64,000 bases of DNA from Balanoglossus misakiensis. Taxonomy: Eukaryota > Animalia > Hemichordata. This document shows positions 1 to 24,730 of this stretch, piece after piece. Each line of letters starts with the position of its first letter. The first letter of the stretch is position 1. The stretch spans positions 3,074,760 to 3,138,759 of the forward strand of contig CM082576.2 in assembly GCA_040954595.2 (NCBI GenBank), in the 5' to 3' direction. Below the pieces are notes generated by a model. The model was given only the letters and a program-made list of their open reading frames with translations. It ran no database searches and was not told the DNA's origin. The translations under genes and the position numbers were made by a program.

Positions 1-89
1 ATCAGCAGCCTCACGTCAGTGAATATAGAGTTGATTTGATCTGATTTTATTACATGTAATATGTATATGTTTTGTTTTGATTTGTGTAG

Positions 90-4516
<4,427 letters not shown>

Positions 4517-5399
4517 AACAATGATGGCTGTCAGAAAACTTTAGCAAGAGAGAGAGAGAATAGTGTGTGTATCGATCATCACGCCCACCAACTTGACTGA
4601 ATTTCCTGCTCTCCCTTGAGGGGGAAAAAGATTGTATATATGTTTTGTTTTGGTTGAAAAATCATGCAGAGTAATGAGTGCCAGCAATGTCAGGATTTAA
4701 CTCAGCTGGTGACCAATATGATTATCGTATTAGATTTCAGGTGACTTTGTCTCATTACAGTTTTAATACTCATGCAACTATGCCAAATAAACTTCACAGC
4801 AAAAAGTACAAGCTCGAATTGTTAATTACATTAGAAATATGCATTTTCAAGCATGTGTTGTTACAGTAATCTTTTCACAGTGCAATGTTTCAAGTAATCT
4901 TGGCCAATGTGTGCTGGAATAAACTATGATCCACATGGCACCTTTACCATAAATAATGCGAGAGTATATATATGTTTCTGTGGGTGTTTTTGCCTTTCAA
5001 TTTACTCACTTCCACTTATATTTTTTCTACAAAAATCTAGTTATAGGTATAACTAGATATGTGGATCTGCAGAATTTTATAAATGTGGGAATAGTTTATA
5101 CCTTTGTGGTTATATACCTTTGGGGTTACCTTCATAGAGGTTGGTGCTCTTTATATTTTTTGCAATAAAAGGTTTAAATCCTATTCTTTTCCACTATGGT
5201 GTCTCTGTTTACCTAACCTGATGACGGTGAGAGGCTTATAAATCTAGTTAGAAGTAGAAGAGGAAAATGGCAAAAGTGATTGATGACTAGAGAACTGCCT
5301 CAAGAGAGAAATTCACATTTACTGAGCTGACCACCCCTCCCCTGGTCTACAAATAGTCAAGCCCAGTGACCTTCATACTAGTATTTTCCCATGAGTCTG

Positions 5400-5545
5400 C
5401 GCGCCAATTTGAAAATATGTTATAGACTATCCCGGATGTAGGGTGTACAAACACGGTCCAAGATGGCGTACCTTCGCCTGTGAATCGGGTTTATTTGCGC
5501 TAACATCGATATTTCTAACATCTAGGTATCTCGTCCATTCAACAG
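5400..5545 (+). promoter_or_regulatory. Probable promoter and non-coding first exon of the PAK gene
   Basis: CpG-rich patch with CCAAT (5404), ETS-like CCGGATGT (5432), YY1-like CAAGATGGCG (5459-5468) and a strong donor CAG|GTAAGT at 5545/5546; acceptor at 8201-8202 just before the PAK ATG. Confidence 0.55.
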
Positions 5546-8223
5546 GTAAGTTTGTACGTGTTTGTTGGATATTCGCATATGTATTGATTTGTCGATTTTT
5601 TGTTTAATAGACTATGTTGAGATCTCGATTCAGAAAAACCGGGAAGAAAGTTTGTGTGGCGATCGCGGACGTCCGCGTCCCAATGCCACGAACATTGAAC
5701 TGCTTCTGTGTGTTTTTTAGTCACTGTGCCAGTTAAAATTTTAAATATTCACTCGCTTCATTTATTCAGAGATGGCTCCGACACTATCATTGTCTTTATC
5801 GTAATTTATTTATTATGTTTGATCATCTATATGCAATTTTGGAGTTGAAAATAAACGCCGGAAAACACACACAAACAATCAAAGTCCCACAAAAATATCA
5901 AACGTGAAGCTATGCAATTGATGTTTGTATATTTTGAAGAACTGCTTCAATTAATCCAAGCTTTAGTCGCACTTCAGATAATCTTTGACAAAGTGTACGT
6001 AACTATTTGATGATTGTGTGGTGGTGGTGGTGGCTGTGATGATTGGTGCAGGACCGGGGGTGCGAAGATTGGCCAGTTGTCCAACTATCATGGGGCCCGG
6101 GGGACACTTTTGGTACCCTGGGTTCCATATCCATATGCGGGGGATCGAGCGCCCGCGTTCATATGATCTAGTCTTTTTCAAAATTGGTGCATATCATTGT
6201 GGTACTGTTGCATCGAATGATGAACATTTATATGATAAAATATCCCTAATATCAACATGTGGTTGTTGAGCTGAAATAAAAGTCCCTTGTGAGGATCAAA
6301 CTCACAAGAAATGCTCATGACAGTGACTCAAACAGTGGTGTCCAGCCCTTTTACATAAACAAGAAAGTGTGAGTAATTACAAATGTTGCTAAAATTATAA
6401 CGCTCTTCTGTGAGTAATTTGAATTTCCTGTCTTGAAAGTGTTCAGTAAGTATGGCCATAATTGGTGAATGATTTAAGTCAAGGTGCTTTTGTTGTTTTT
6501 ATTCATATTCAAATGAGGAAACCCCTGTGATGACATTCATATGTCTTTAAAATCTTTACAACATGGATGATTCATGAAATGTGGGTTGTACTAGCCCACG
6601 CACTGCACACACACTTGTATTTTTGTAATGCCTCTCTTGGGAGATTAAATAAGATTAATATTACTTAATGATGTGTGAAGGCAGGTGCGATTTAAAATCA
6701 GTTTCCCATCGACAGCATTTATAGTGCAATAATCCAGTATGTCACTTCAAATATAATTAATTCAGCTAAAGAAGCCATTTACTTCTCCTTTCTGCACTTC
6801 CCGATATCTGATCAGATAGAAAAAAATTACTTCAGTGGCCAGAAGGGAGACTTACTATCAATGACTTAACCTCCCAGCTTATTGGAATTCCTATGATGAC
6901 ATTTCTTATTCCCTTACACCTTGGTATGCGTGGAATGTTAGAGGTGTGTGAACAATATTAGGACAATTAATATTACGTGTGTATGTCCATACCTACTCAA
7001 GAATTTGTAGAGTTTGGATGGATGGACGGATTCAAGGTCACAACACCAGGTCAGAACGATGACTCAAAGATGCGGTGATTGATTTCATAGTCAAGTAAAC
7101 CATTCCATTTTCAGTGTTACAGATAATTTAAACAATAACTTTACTAGTACTGTGAGGTGAAACACTCTGACTCAGTTGAATGACAGTTGGACAGCCTGGA
7201 ATGGTCAAGGTTATCAGTGGCAATAGGCACAGATTCCCTGCTAGGCGTTTGTTGCGTGCCTCCTTACAGGACAACTGGGTCAGGAAAGTTGGATAACAGG
7301 AAGTTGTGTGAATTCCATGGCTTCCTATATTGAATTTGATATAGTGTTATCTTACGGAAGGGGAAACACAATTATCGGTGTAACTTTTGCTGCTGTTGTT
7401 GGTGGTCCATGGCAGTGGGCAGGTCAGGTCTTCTGTTGACCCGAAAGTTGATGCGTTTGTGGTGTAAAAAGCCAAGCAGTCAATGAACTTGTGTAAGGCT
7501 TTCTATGGGTTGCCTTGCACTCATTTACATGTGCAATACTAGTATACACTGATACATGTATCTTTCTAGACAAGCTCAGTTGAATTCATGCAAACAGTAG
7601 TTGCCTGTGGTTGGAACATTATGTGTCAAACTGTGGACTCCCATTAGTGCAATGTAGGCTAAGTCTTGCATTATGGCAATGTGTTGACACTTGCCATGGG
7701 AACGGTGGGATACCCAATATGCACATCCCACAGCTCTGATGGGATCCTTGGTAATCCTGATCAACCATGGAACCGTGCAATGCAAGACGGTATTTAATTA
7801 ACTGCAACAAGGAAATCTGTGAAGTTGTGACCTTGACGAGTCAAGGGTCAACAGTCTGGACTGAATGCATAGGCAGGATTACATGTACATGCTTGGCTTC
7901 AGTGATTATGATTGGAGTTGTGCTTACACATTATACATGATTGTATGAACACGCTGCATTAGAAATATGAACTGTGCTATTACATTGTACAAGGGCCTCT
8001 CCATCATCATCATTATTGTATCTATGCGAGTTTTATATTCCAGTTTTCCTGCTTAGTGTTGAATCACATCTAATAATAGCTACATGTATTACATGCGTTT
8101 TGTTGGTATGCAAGGGAGTGGGACTCGATGTCATGTGAATGCCAGACATAAAGCAATTTTTCAGCTTAAATTAATTATGTCTCATTGTTTTTGTCTCGCC
8201 AGTGCTTGTAGGCAACCAGCACC

Positions 8224-14822
<6,599 letters not shown>

Positions 14823-17800
14823 AATGTCACCACAACTTCACCAAATATATTTTATAAGAAAAAAAAGAATCTAATGAAAAAGTAGGTTTGGTTTGAGGAG
14901 GTCGAGAGAAATGCCTCCAGTTAACCAAATCGATACAGTATTATGTTTCCACATTCTGTGGCCCTGTATGGAAATTATGCACTCATATGCATCAGGTTAG
15001 GGGGCCTTTCAATAGAATTAGCATGTTGTGCCTGATACTTCTTAGGCCTGTAGCCAATGAAATGGAAACCACCTGTAAAGGGTCCCCTAACTTTCTGATG
15101 AAATGCAGCCAATTGAGTGTATATTTTTATGCTCAGAATTAAGGCTCGTTTAAATCTAAACATGCAATTTATGCATATGGAACTGTTAAGCAGAAGAGGC
15201 TTGTGACTTCAATCAGAGTTCTGTAACAGACAGTGACACTGTTGGCATCATAGTTGAGGTTTCAGCGTACTGGCTCTGCTATGTCATTCTGAGAATGTCG
15301 AACTCATTTCAATTTTTTGTTGGAACGGCATGTTTCTTTCAGCTGTTTTATTTTGCTTTTATTTAACCAGCTGGTAATTCTTGAAAGTGCAAATCTGCTG
15401 TTTTTTTATCAGACAGCCCTAAAATCGCCATACATTGTGAAAAATACTTTGGCTGGATTTAGTCATGGAGGAGAATTTGGAAAAGAGATACACAACACTG
15501 CAGTTATACAGAAATATGCAGTGATGGAAAATTTAAAAAAAAATACACTTCCTTCTGAAAGGGAAGATATAGTCATCATAAAAATTCAGCAATAATTGAA
15601 GTTTTCTTCCTCAGAAAAAAAGTTAACCACATAAAAAGCGAAAAAAGGTTTATTTTTAAGTTATATACAGAATCTTTTCTTGTCTAACAGTTGAGATATT
15701 GTCACAAAACAGTGGTCTGGTTCACCTCACTCGGTTGAATTCAAGAACCTGTTGCCAAATATACTGTCTGACTTCTGTAATCTATATATCAACTTATAAG
15801 TTTGGCACCTCAATAACTTTGTTACCAATTTTGGGTTATTTTTCTAGAAAACATACATCATGTAGCTTTTTGGGGAGAATTCCTCGGTAAGAATTGTATT
15901 TCCATTAGAGTCTGTTAGCCGATCTATTAGGGGTAGTTTTTACAATATATTTTTTAACAAAGACCAGTATTTTCTAACCCTGGTCGAGTATTAGTCTTAG
16001 TAATCAGCTTATTTTGTATTCAGACATTAATTTGCTTTACTTTACTTTCAGTAATATTATTATATTCAGTCTTGTACAGAATGATATCTTTTCCCTGGTG
16101 TTCTTTTTCGTCATCTCCTCATGTTCTGTAATTTTGAGTGACGATTGTAGTTGGTATAACTGAATGTGATTGGAACCATGCTAATGTAAATCTGATTTGT
16201 GTAGAGGTATTAAAAAAAACAAATGAAATTGCAACTTCTTGCCGATGTGATATCACGAAGCAGATGCAGAGAGGGATGAATTTTTTTCTGTGAAAGTTTT
16301 TTTTTTATTAAAAGCTTGCACTGCATTGCAATTAATTTTCTTGATTTTGTTTAAAGTGAAGATGCAATGATCAGACCAGCATTTAAAAAAATAAAATTAA
16401 CTGATAAATTTTATGATTTCATTAAATTGTAGCCCGATTTTCTGACTGTGTATAAATGTTGTTTAGTATCTCACAGATCACATGGGTTTGTATGCAGGAA
16501 GATGATACTGGCCCTATCTGACAGAAACAGCCATACTTCAAATAGTTTTGTTTGTGATGAATTCTGGCCTAACCTTCATGAAAGTGCTGATTCAAGTAAC
16601 CTTGGTCATTCTTGGATTCTTACTTGCACAAACACATTCAAATCAATTGCATCATATCTGCCAGCTATGTTACAACAGAGAGAAAAATCAAGACATGGCC
16701 AATTCATGGCATCTTGGAAACAGAGTGTCTGACAAGTCTGTCATGCCACGAGTGTATTTGCCACAAGCCTGAATGATGTGTAAATTGAACTCTCTCATGT
16801 CAGTGTTACAATAGCAAACCAGCAGAAGAATTTACAAGTGATTAGTGTAATTATTTTATGAACAAATGCAGTAGGTTCCTGTTCACCCTCCTGTCCAGTG
16901 GAGTATTCCAAAGATTTGGTTCTGAGAAAAATGAATTTCTGTAACATTGTATTTTTTTGCTACCTTGAAGCTTTGCATGTATTTTACAAGCACAAGTAAC
17001 TGTTCGGTTGTATTAATGATGGTGATAGAGGTCACCTAGCTCTTGCTATAGATTATCAACCCACCTATGCTAATAAAAATGAAATAAACTTGTATGATAC
17101 TGAAAATCAGATGTTATTGGTTGTTATTAGATTGCTAACTACAGCCACTGACGACATTGTCGTCACCAATTGGTCAGCCAACGCCCTTTGCTCCTGGGAT
17201 GGTATCTATGGATTTTACTGTCACCGCCCCACCCACCCCCTATAACTTACAACACTAGTACTACACGTGTCCATACTGCACTGATTATCCCGACCTTTGG
17301 TTACAGTTTCATTTCTACTTCGCACACGATTTCGCCTGAAATTTGTGGGGGGGGGGGGGGTTCAGACGGACCAGAACTTCCTTGAAGTACCTCGCTGACG
17401 TACAATCGAAAATTCCTAACCACTAGAAGAACAATTGAAAAGTTTTGTGAAAAAACGACAGTAAAATGTTACTCACAGTGGTTGATGTGTGCAATGGTGA
17501 CTGCAAGCCAGGAGAAAGGCACTCTTGATATTCGTCTCGTCGCTTTCCATGACTGATGGTCTATGTAAAATGTTCATTATCTTCGGTGAGGCTACCAAAA
17601 GAATACTCGGTCCACATCGTGACAGTCACGACTTTCACTTTCACTCGGCTGTTGGAAATTGCTCTGGGTAAAATGAATAGGTCGTTCTCGTCACTGCTTC
17701 AGCCATGATGTTCGTACGTCAAAGACTGGGTTCCGAATGATGAAAACGTGCACCTCGCTGACGATCCGACAGGTGCATTTTGTAACGCTTGTGATTGGTT

Positions 17801-19778
17801 GGTGATTGAGAACTTGTTTAGCATACGACGATCACAGATGTTGTCATGATGCTACCATTCAGAATAACGTGTTTTGTTGTTGTCGTCGTCTTTGCCTAAA
17901 GTTGACTAAAGTTATGAAGTCGGGACGAATTTCTTATGATAAGTACAAAACAATCATCACAGTTGAATTTTCTTTAAAAGAAAGTTTATAGTTTATTTAA
18001 ACATCTTTGTGGCATGCAAATAATTAATATAAGCTTTCGGGTATACAGACACAATCAGTATAGATACATCGACGACACAATTAAAGCAAGTGTAAGCAGT
18101 ATTTTTTTCTCAAAGAAGTTACATTGGAAAGAAAGAAGTGTCACGGTTAAACTTATGCGACTATCCACATTTTCTAATATGGCTTTAAACTCTAATTATT
18201 GCTAGGTACTGTATTGTGTGTCTAATCTATGACTGAATCAACAATAAAATACTGTCACAGCAAAACTGATTGTCTTGACATTGCAATTCTTTTGTGCCTC
18301 GGAATCCGAACGAGGTACAATCTGGCGTCGTTCAAGTCGGACTCTCTTTAATCTTCATATCGAAGAAACTAGGTCTGTATTAGGCCCTACTACTATAGGC
18401 AAAATAAATATGACCGCAATAGTGCCAATACACATCAGGAGTGACAAGGTACGGATTGAGAATATGTCAAGTAACACAAGAAACGGTTATCTATATTGCT
18501 TCGTAAAAGACGCAACTTCAACGGACCTGTTCTGCAATATATTACTACCTATTAAATAGAATGAGTTGATTTTATATATTTGAACTTTAAAATGATACTG
18601 ACATTAATAATATCGTCTGACTATACACAATATTTACACGACAAAAATATACAAACGGAATAAAATTCATATCTACAACACCAATGCTTTCTTGAAATAG
18701 ATGAACTCAATGAAAGATATACTCACTGTAAATGGAGTATTTTCGCATACATCGTATATACTTGGGAATGTAACGGTCTATTTTAAAACTTTCTGATTTG
18801 TCTGGATGTTTTAATACGAAGAAACATAAATACAAGCTGCTCTCAAGTCCTCCTATAGCTATCGGTGTGCGTGTGCTGGCAACAACGCTCCACCCGAGGA
18901 GACAAGGTTTTGCATCCGGATCCAACGACGACTGTAATCTCTTTTAAATAGAATCCATTACAGCGAATTTATACGAGACCGACACTGAACTATTTACATC
19001 TAACATATAAATGTTTTAAACACACAAACACACTTGTCTGATTCATAAACAACCGCCAGTTGAACTGGGGGTCCCCACTCAATAACAGTTCCCTTCAAAT
19101 GAACCTTGGTATGCCATAACATATGAGACACCAAAATCCCACATTATCACATTCTAAGTACGCGAATATAAGATCATGTTCAACGTCACGGGATGTCGAC
19201 AGAAAAGCAATTGGGACGCAAACTTGGATGGCTGGATATGAATCAGAGACATAACAAGTTTCCATGGGTATAAGTATCAGACATACATGCATCGTACAAA
19301 GGAAATTCAAAATAGTGAAGTGCAAGAATTCATAATGTCGACACTGAAAATCCATACCTCATATTCAACAATCTTGCTTTGATGTGAACACAATTTTTGA
19401 GTCATTTGTGTGGAATGCTTACGTGTAGTCCCCCAATGTGTGTTCCCAAATTTCACATCTTCAAAATTCTTCAATTGAAATACACAGGTCATAAAAATCG
19501 TCTCGCAGTTATTCTACAATTTCTTTAGTAAGACAAACGTAAAAACAAAATCAAATCTCTTTTCCGGACGATTATAATCTTAACCACGTCTAAAAATTGG
19601 GCCTCAGTGAAAAGATAAGTCGCATTTTGATTTTGATTTTGGGGTTAAATTTAATGATGTTGACAAATTGAAGTAAAGGTTATCTCTGACCTCAGCAGCG
19701 TCGAGGGTGACGTCAAAGTCTTATGAAGTACTCGTGCACCATACAATTTCTCGGATTCGTGATATGCATGTGGCTCAT

Positions 19779-22700
19779 CTAGTCCACTGATTTGTAACCC
19801 GAGTATCCTGTTCCCAAAGCACCAAAGCGTCTGCCGATGGCGTAGACAATAATGACCAAGAGGATGAGACAACCCAGAGCGGCACCGACAGCAATGGGAA
19901 CGGTGCTGTCGATGCGACGTTGCTTCTCTTTGTCCGCTTCACAGAGACTGCCTGGAAATTAGAAAAGAAACAGGGTTAGTCTTCTTTTTCGTTCGTTCGT
20001 TCGTTCGTTTGTTTGTTTGTTTTGTTTTGTTTTCGAACTTGAAAACACGTGAACAACTCAACACGTTTCAAGGACGTGCTTATCCTCTCCAATTAATAAC
20101 ACTCACAACACTCACCTTCACTGAATTCATTATCTTCAATCTCATATGGCTGTAATTGAAGATCGGCAATGCGCATGACCACTTTGTCTTTTTCGTCTTC
20201 TGACTGCATGGCAATGTTGTCTTGCGTTTCGCACACATAGGAAGATTTCAGCGGAGTGTCGAACAGTGTGATGTCATCAAACGTTTTTACCGTTTTCTTG
20301 CCGGCTGCAAAGAGGCACGTACGTGACAAGCATGGTCAGTCTTTCAGTTGCAAAATGTATACGTGTGTCAGACACTCCTTCAATTTATAACACACGATTA
20401 AAATATTCACTAAACTTGGTTTTAATTTGGACGTGTTTCATGTATACATTGTACATGGCATGCATAAACTGGATTTTACTCACCATCTACGGCATCTTCA
20501 AAGTAATTAGGATCGCTTGTATCATAGGTGAACCCAATAGATTTTGCGCACCAGGTACCTTCAGGGTTCTCAGACGTGGCATTTGCTTGATCCTAAGGAG
20601 AAGAGTTCAGTTAGGAAGTTGCGTTATTTTTCCCACAGCGCGCGAATAATAACACAAATTTGACACTATAATGACTCGTCTTATATTGTAAGATCCGATC
20701 AGCACTGGTGTAAAATTATTTCCTTGATTTTGTTATTTTATCAAAGACAACAAAACTGTAATAGGACTAGCATATGTTCAACTTACCGTGTCAAAGGTAA
20801 TTTTGAGGACGTACTTTGAACCAGCCCATTCTAGTCGCAGTACCGACTGAGAGTAGATGTCGCCACAACGACCACCAACTTTGGCCTTAGGGGGAAGTGG
20901 TATACTAGCCTCTTTCAGTTCTTTCTGTGTATAGACAGTGATCAATGATAGTTAGTCTCTAAAAACTCGTTCATTCGTGTACATACACATCACACAAACA
21001 AACAAACAAACAAACAAACAAACAAACAAACAAACAAACACATACATACATACATACATACCTTTTTACCGCTGTAATACGACACTTTCATCCAAGCAGA
21101 GAATATAGCTTTTACACAAGCCGCATCATTGTCGTCTGTTAAAGTAAAATTGACCATTTTTGGTAGAATCTCAGGAGTGGTTGGTGACGGTGTGGGATTT
21201 GTCGAGTACGACTCGGGGGTAGTTGCTTCATCACCCTGCGGAAAAAAAGATGATGGTGTGATCGTTATACTCACTGGTATTCATATTTTCACCACAATTC
21301 AATGATTGCCCCCGGCTTGCTTTTATCTGTCAAAGAATGATAAATGACAATGCGATACGAGGCTAGCTTTAATGATAATACAGTCTTCGTCCACATTGGT
21401 TCCACAATGAACGAGAGATTTATTTACATATTGTCTGCTGGGGTCGAAAAACTAGTACTCAGTAAGCCGATGAGTGGCACGAAACATACCTCTGTTACTT
21501 CGGCAACTGTTGTCTCCTTCTCGGGTACCGCAGCGGCGGTCGTTGGGGGCGCGGCTGCTGTTGTTGGCTCCTCGTCATCATCATCATCCACTTCTGCAGT
21601 CGACACCACCGACGGCGGGTCGGTTGCGTCTTGTTCCTCGTCTATCGTTGTGACTGCACTCGGCTCTTCCGATGGGGCACTCTGCACAAGGCACACACCT
21701 AGAAAGAGTGACAAGATATTATATAAAAGCGTTTTGTGTCTGACGTCACGTAGAAAATTAGATCATTGTGGACAACATATCTTGGCGGTCTGAAATGAAA
21801 ATGAAGAGGTGACCAAAATATTGATTACATTGTCGTTTATTATAATTTTACATCTTTGTGTCCGTGTGCGACATGCGAGTTCTTACACAAACTGTTTTCT
21901 TTGACAACTGTGCATCTGTCCATTGAGTGACACTTAAATGCAATCGCCACAATGAAAATTAGAATACTCCGTTTATAAACCGTTATTCGATTTTGACACG
22001 AATCGCCCTTTTCTTTAGAAGACTGTCAATCATTGGTGTAGCTAATCATACAGGATGAGACTAATAATGGATGGGGCTATAATCCGGGACTGAGTTCTAA
22101 ATATAACTGATACATGTATATCTATATTGTTTTTATTCTTGTTTACATAACAGTTAAAGATGTTGACAATTAGGGCAGAGAAACCTCTCTGTCTCTTTGT
22201 TCTCTGATTACAGATTAATGTGAGAATAAATGGCGAACAATGCGCATGCTGGTGACGTCATAAATATCTATGTCAGGATATAATCTCAATTGCTGATATT
22301 ACCCTTGAGATGATTCACGCATGCAGAACACACTTACAATACATTACAATACAATATTTATGTGAGAGTTGGGCGTTCCGATAACTAACATCTGCAGTTA
22401 TCAACAATGTCAATCATTTTAAGAGAATTATTCATCACGTGTCAAACGACAACCAGTCATTAACACACATTAAAAGCGTACTTCAGAAAAGTCGGGCTGC
22501 CGATAACGACGAATATATGGAAAGCAACTGGCTGTAAATCGCTCTTTAAAATTAAAACATGTTTTATATGCGTTAGTACTAGCTCGGTCAGTCGCTTTAC
22601 AATGTGTTCGCAGGTGATTCGCGACTAATTTAATGGAGCTGAGTATATGCTCATTAAAATAAAATACAAGACTTGAAAACAGGCTGTTATATGTATAAGA

Positions 22701-24631
22701 GTATAAATTGACAGACAGAGAGACAGAGAGACAGACAGGCATGATGTGGCGAACACAGAAGGAATGCATAAAACAACGAGAAGATGTGTCAGTATAACTA
22801 AAGATGTGTGATGTGGTGATAAACGATATATAGGCCTATACAACTCAATATTCGACGTATGTTCTCGGGTCCTTCATATTTGACTTTATCTTGACCTGAA
22901 CACTCTCACTAAATTGTTTCCATTTTTTTCAACAACAAAATAGTTTATAAAAGGGATATCGAGTATAGGTTCACGTGGTATTCTCCCACTAGAACTGCGC
23001 AAGTATAAGCGACGCAACGATCTGTCGTAAGTACAGATTGCGCTTTTGTCTCGCTTGTTCCCATAGAAACATATATATGATTCAATTACGTACATAAGTG
23101 ACTATACGACGAGAGATTTGATGATTGATAGAGTACCTCTGTATTTTTTTTATTTATTACTTTTTACTATTACGAGTCCGTGGATCCCATGTTTTAGGGG
23201 AAATGCGAGCACAATGGTATCGAATACTCTGTAATGTCAATATTCGTTTCCATGGGAACCGTACAGCTCTTTGTTATCAGCCGTGCTATCGGAAAGAGCC
23301 CTTTCGAGAAACGCGATTTGCGCCAGCAGAATACATGTGCTATTTTGGTTTTGTGCAATTATCGAAAATCGGTTATGAACCACGTCATATTACCCTGTAT
23401 GTAGAACTTCAAGCATACGCGGAGTCGAATATTTTTGGCACTTATCACGAAACGTGGCACTCTTGAAGTATTGTCCGTTCTGATATAAAAGAGATCTTTG
23501 CAATGGTCGGCTCTCGCGACTAATAAACTTCAGGTCATTGCCAGGTGTTGTCAGCCCGGGTCATTGTCGTACAAAGGAGAAAAAAATCGATTCCCGACCC
23601 CGGAAGCGCTTGTCGGGACAATGACATCGCAGCTCTGTCGTCATAAATTATTAATCGCGAAGCGTTTTCATTAACGCGCTGGGAAAACTAACAAAAGAAG
23701 CGACAGGCACGTTTACTAGAATACTTCCTCCACGTTATTTTATCTAAACGACGGTGTCCGTCCTTCAGCTTCATACATCTGACTAGCTTCAGATTTTCTC
23801 AGATTTTCTGTCGTAGAGGCAAGACACGATCTTATAAATATATAAAACCGAAACTACATGAATTTGTTGAACATATTTCGCATGTTTTACTTCTGGCGAA
23901 AGCAATGTAAGCCGTATAATTAGCAGAAACCCACGTTCGGGGGATATGGGATATGTCATAATGATGTGTCATCTGCTATGAAATAAAGATTATGGAAATG
24001 ATTCTTGATTTGAACATCATCGTTGTGATTTGATAATTAAACGGATTAATTAATAGGTCTGTCAATTCACTTGAAAGCCAATATCGGATGGTAACATGAA
24101 AAATACACATGAAATTTTAAGTTAAACATTTAAAGATATCCACGCTTCTAGGTTTATACATGCGGCGTCTAGGCCTGCACATTTTTGTGAAACACATTAA
24201 AATGATCATTTCAGTTCCAGTCTGTGAGATATTTATACACACACGTCATGGCTAAGAAGTAAAAAAATATATATACATGTATTTTGTTCAGATTTTTCTA
24301 GTTGACGACTAAGATGCCACAAGCGGTCGATTTTATCCGGCGTCCCGCAAAGAGAGATTGTTTCCAAGCGCCGAGAGAAGCAATGGATGACCCGAATGTC
24401 ATTCGCCGAGTCAGCCGGCCGTCGCATCGTTATCGAAGTGATGCAAATTTCTCCCCGCACAGAAAACCGACTACAGTCTCACCGGAATTCGAAATTGTGG
24501 TAAAATATTCGACGTTAGAAATTGCAGATATAATTTAAAAACCGACTGAACGATTTGTGATCAGGAAACTCACCAGTGACGACCAGAAAAACGGCAACGC
24601 AGCGAAGCAATTCCCACCCACGGAGAGCCAT
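19779..24631 (-). CDS. LAMP-family lysosomal membrane protein (mucin-like region plus a single LAMP domain; CD68/LAMP3/LAMP5-like architecture), about 349 aa
   Basis: Exons 24574-24631 (signal peptide MALRGWELLRCVAVFLVVTG), 21490-21698, 21062-21235, 20787-20924, 20484-20592, 20116-20304, 19779-19951. T/P/E/D-rich N-terminus; LAMP domain (ACVKAIF, GRCG, FTYDTSD, SSYVC, LQLQPY, CEAD); TM VPIAVGAALGCLILLVIIVYAIG; tail RRFGALGTGYSGYKSVD. Confidence 0.9.
20995..21060. repeat. (CAAA)n followed by (TACA)n microsatellite
   Basis: Tetranucleotide arrays next to a LAMP splice donor. Confidence 0.9.
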
Positions 24632-24719
24632 CTTGGATTTCTTGTGTTTCGAAGCAAGCACAAGATGACGGGTAGCTCACACACTCAAAATACCCACTTC
24701 CGCCGAGCCAGCGATCGAT

Positions 24720-24730
24720 ATCACGTGACT
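24720..24730 (-). promoter_or_regulatory. CLEAR element (TFEB/MiT E-box) in the LAMP promoter
   Basis: Minus strand reads AGTCACGTGAT (9/10 match to GTCACGTGAC), about 90 bp upstream of the LAMP ATG in a CpG-rich stretch. Confidence 0.7.

Noticed and set aside
17100-19778. Alternative TM/tail exons as in LAMP2A/B/C
   Set aside because: I found no second TM plus GYxx(hydrophobic) exon downstream of the LAMP stop.
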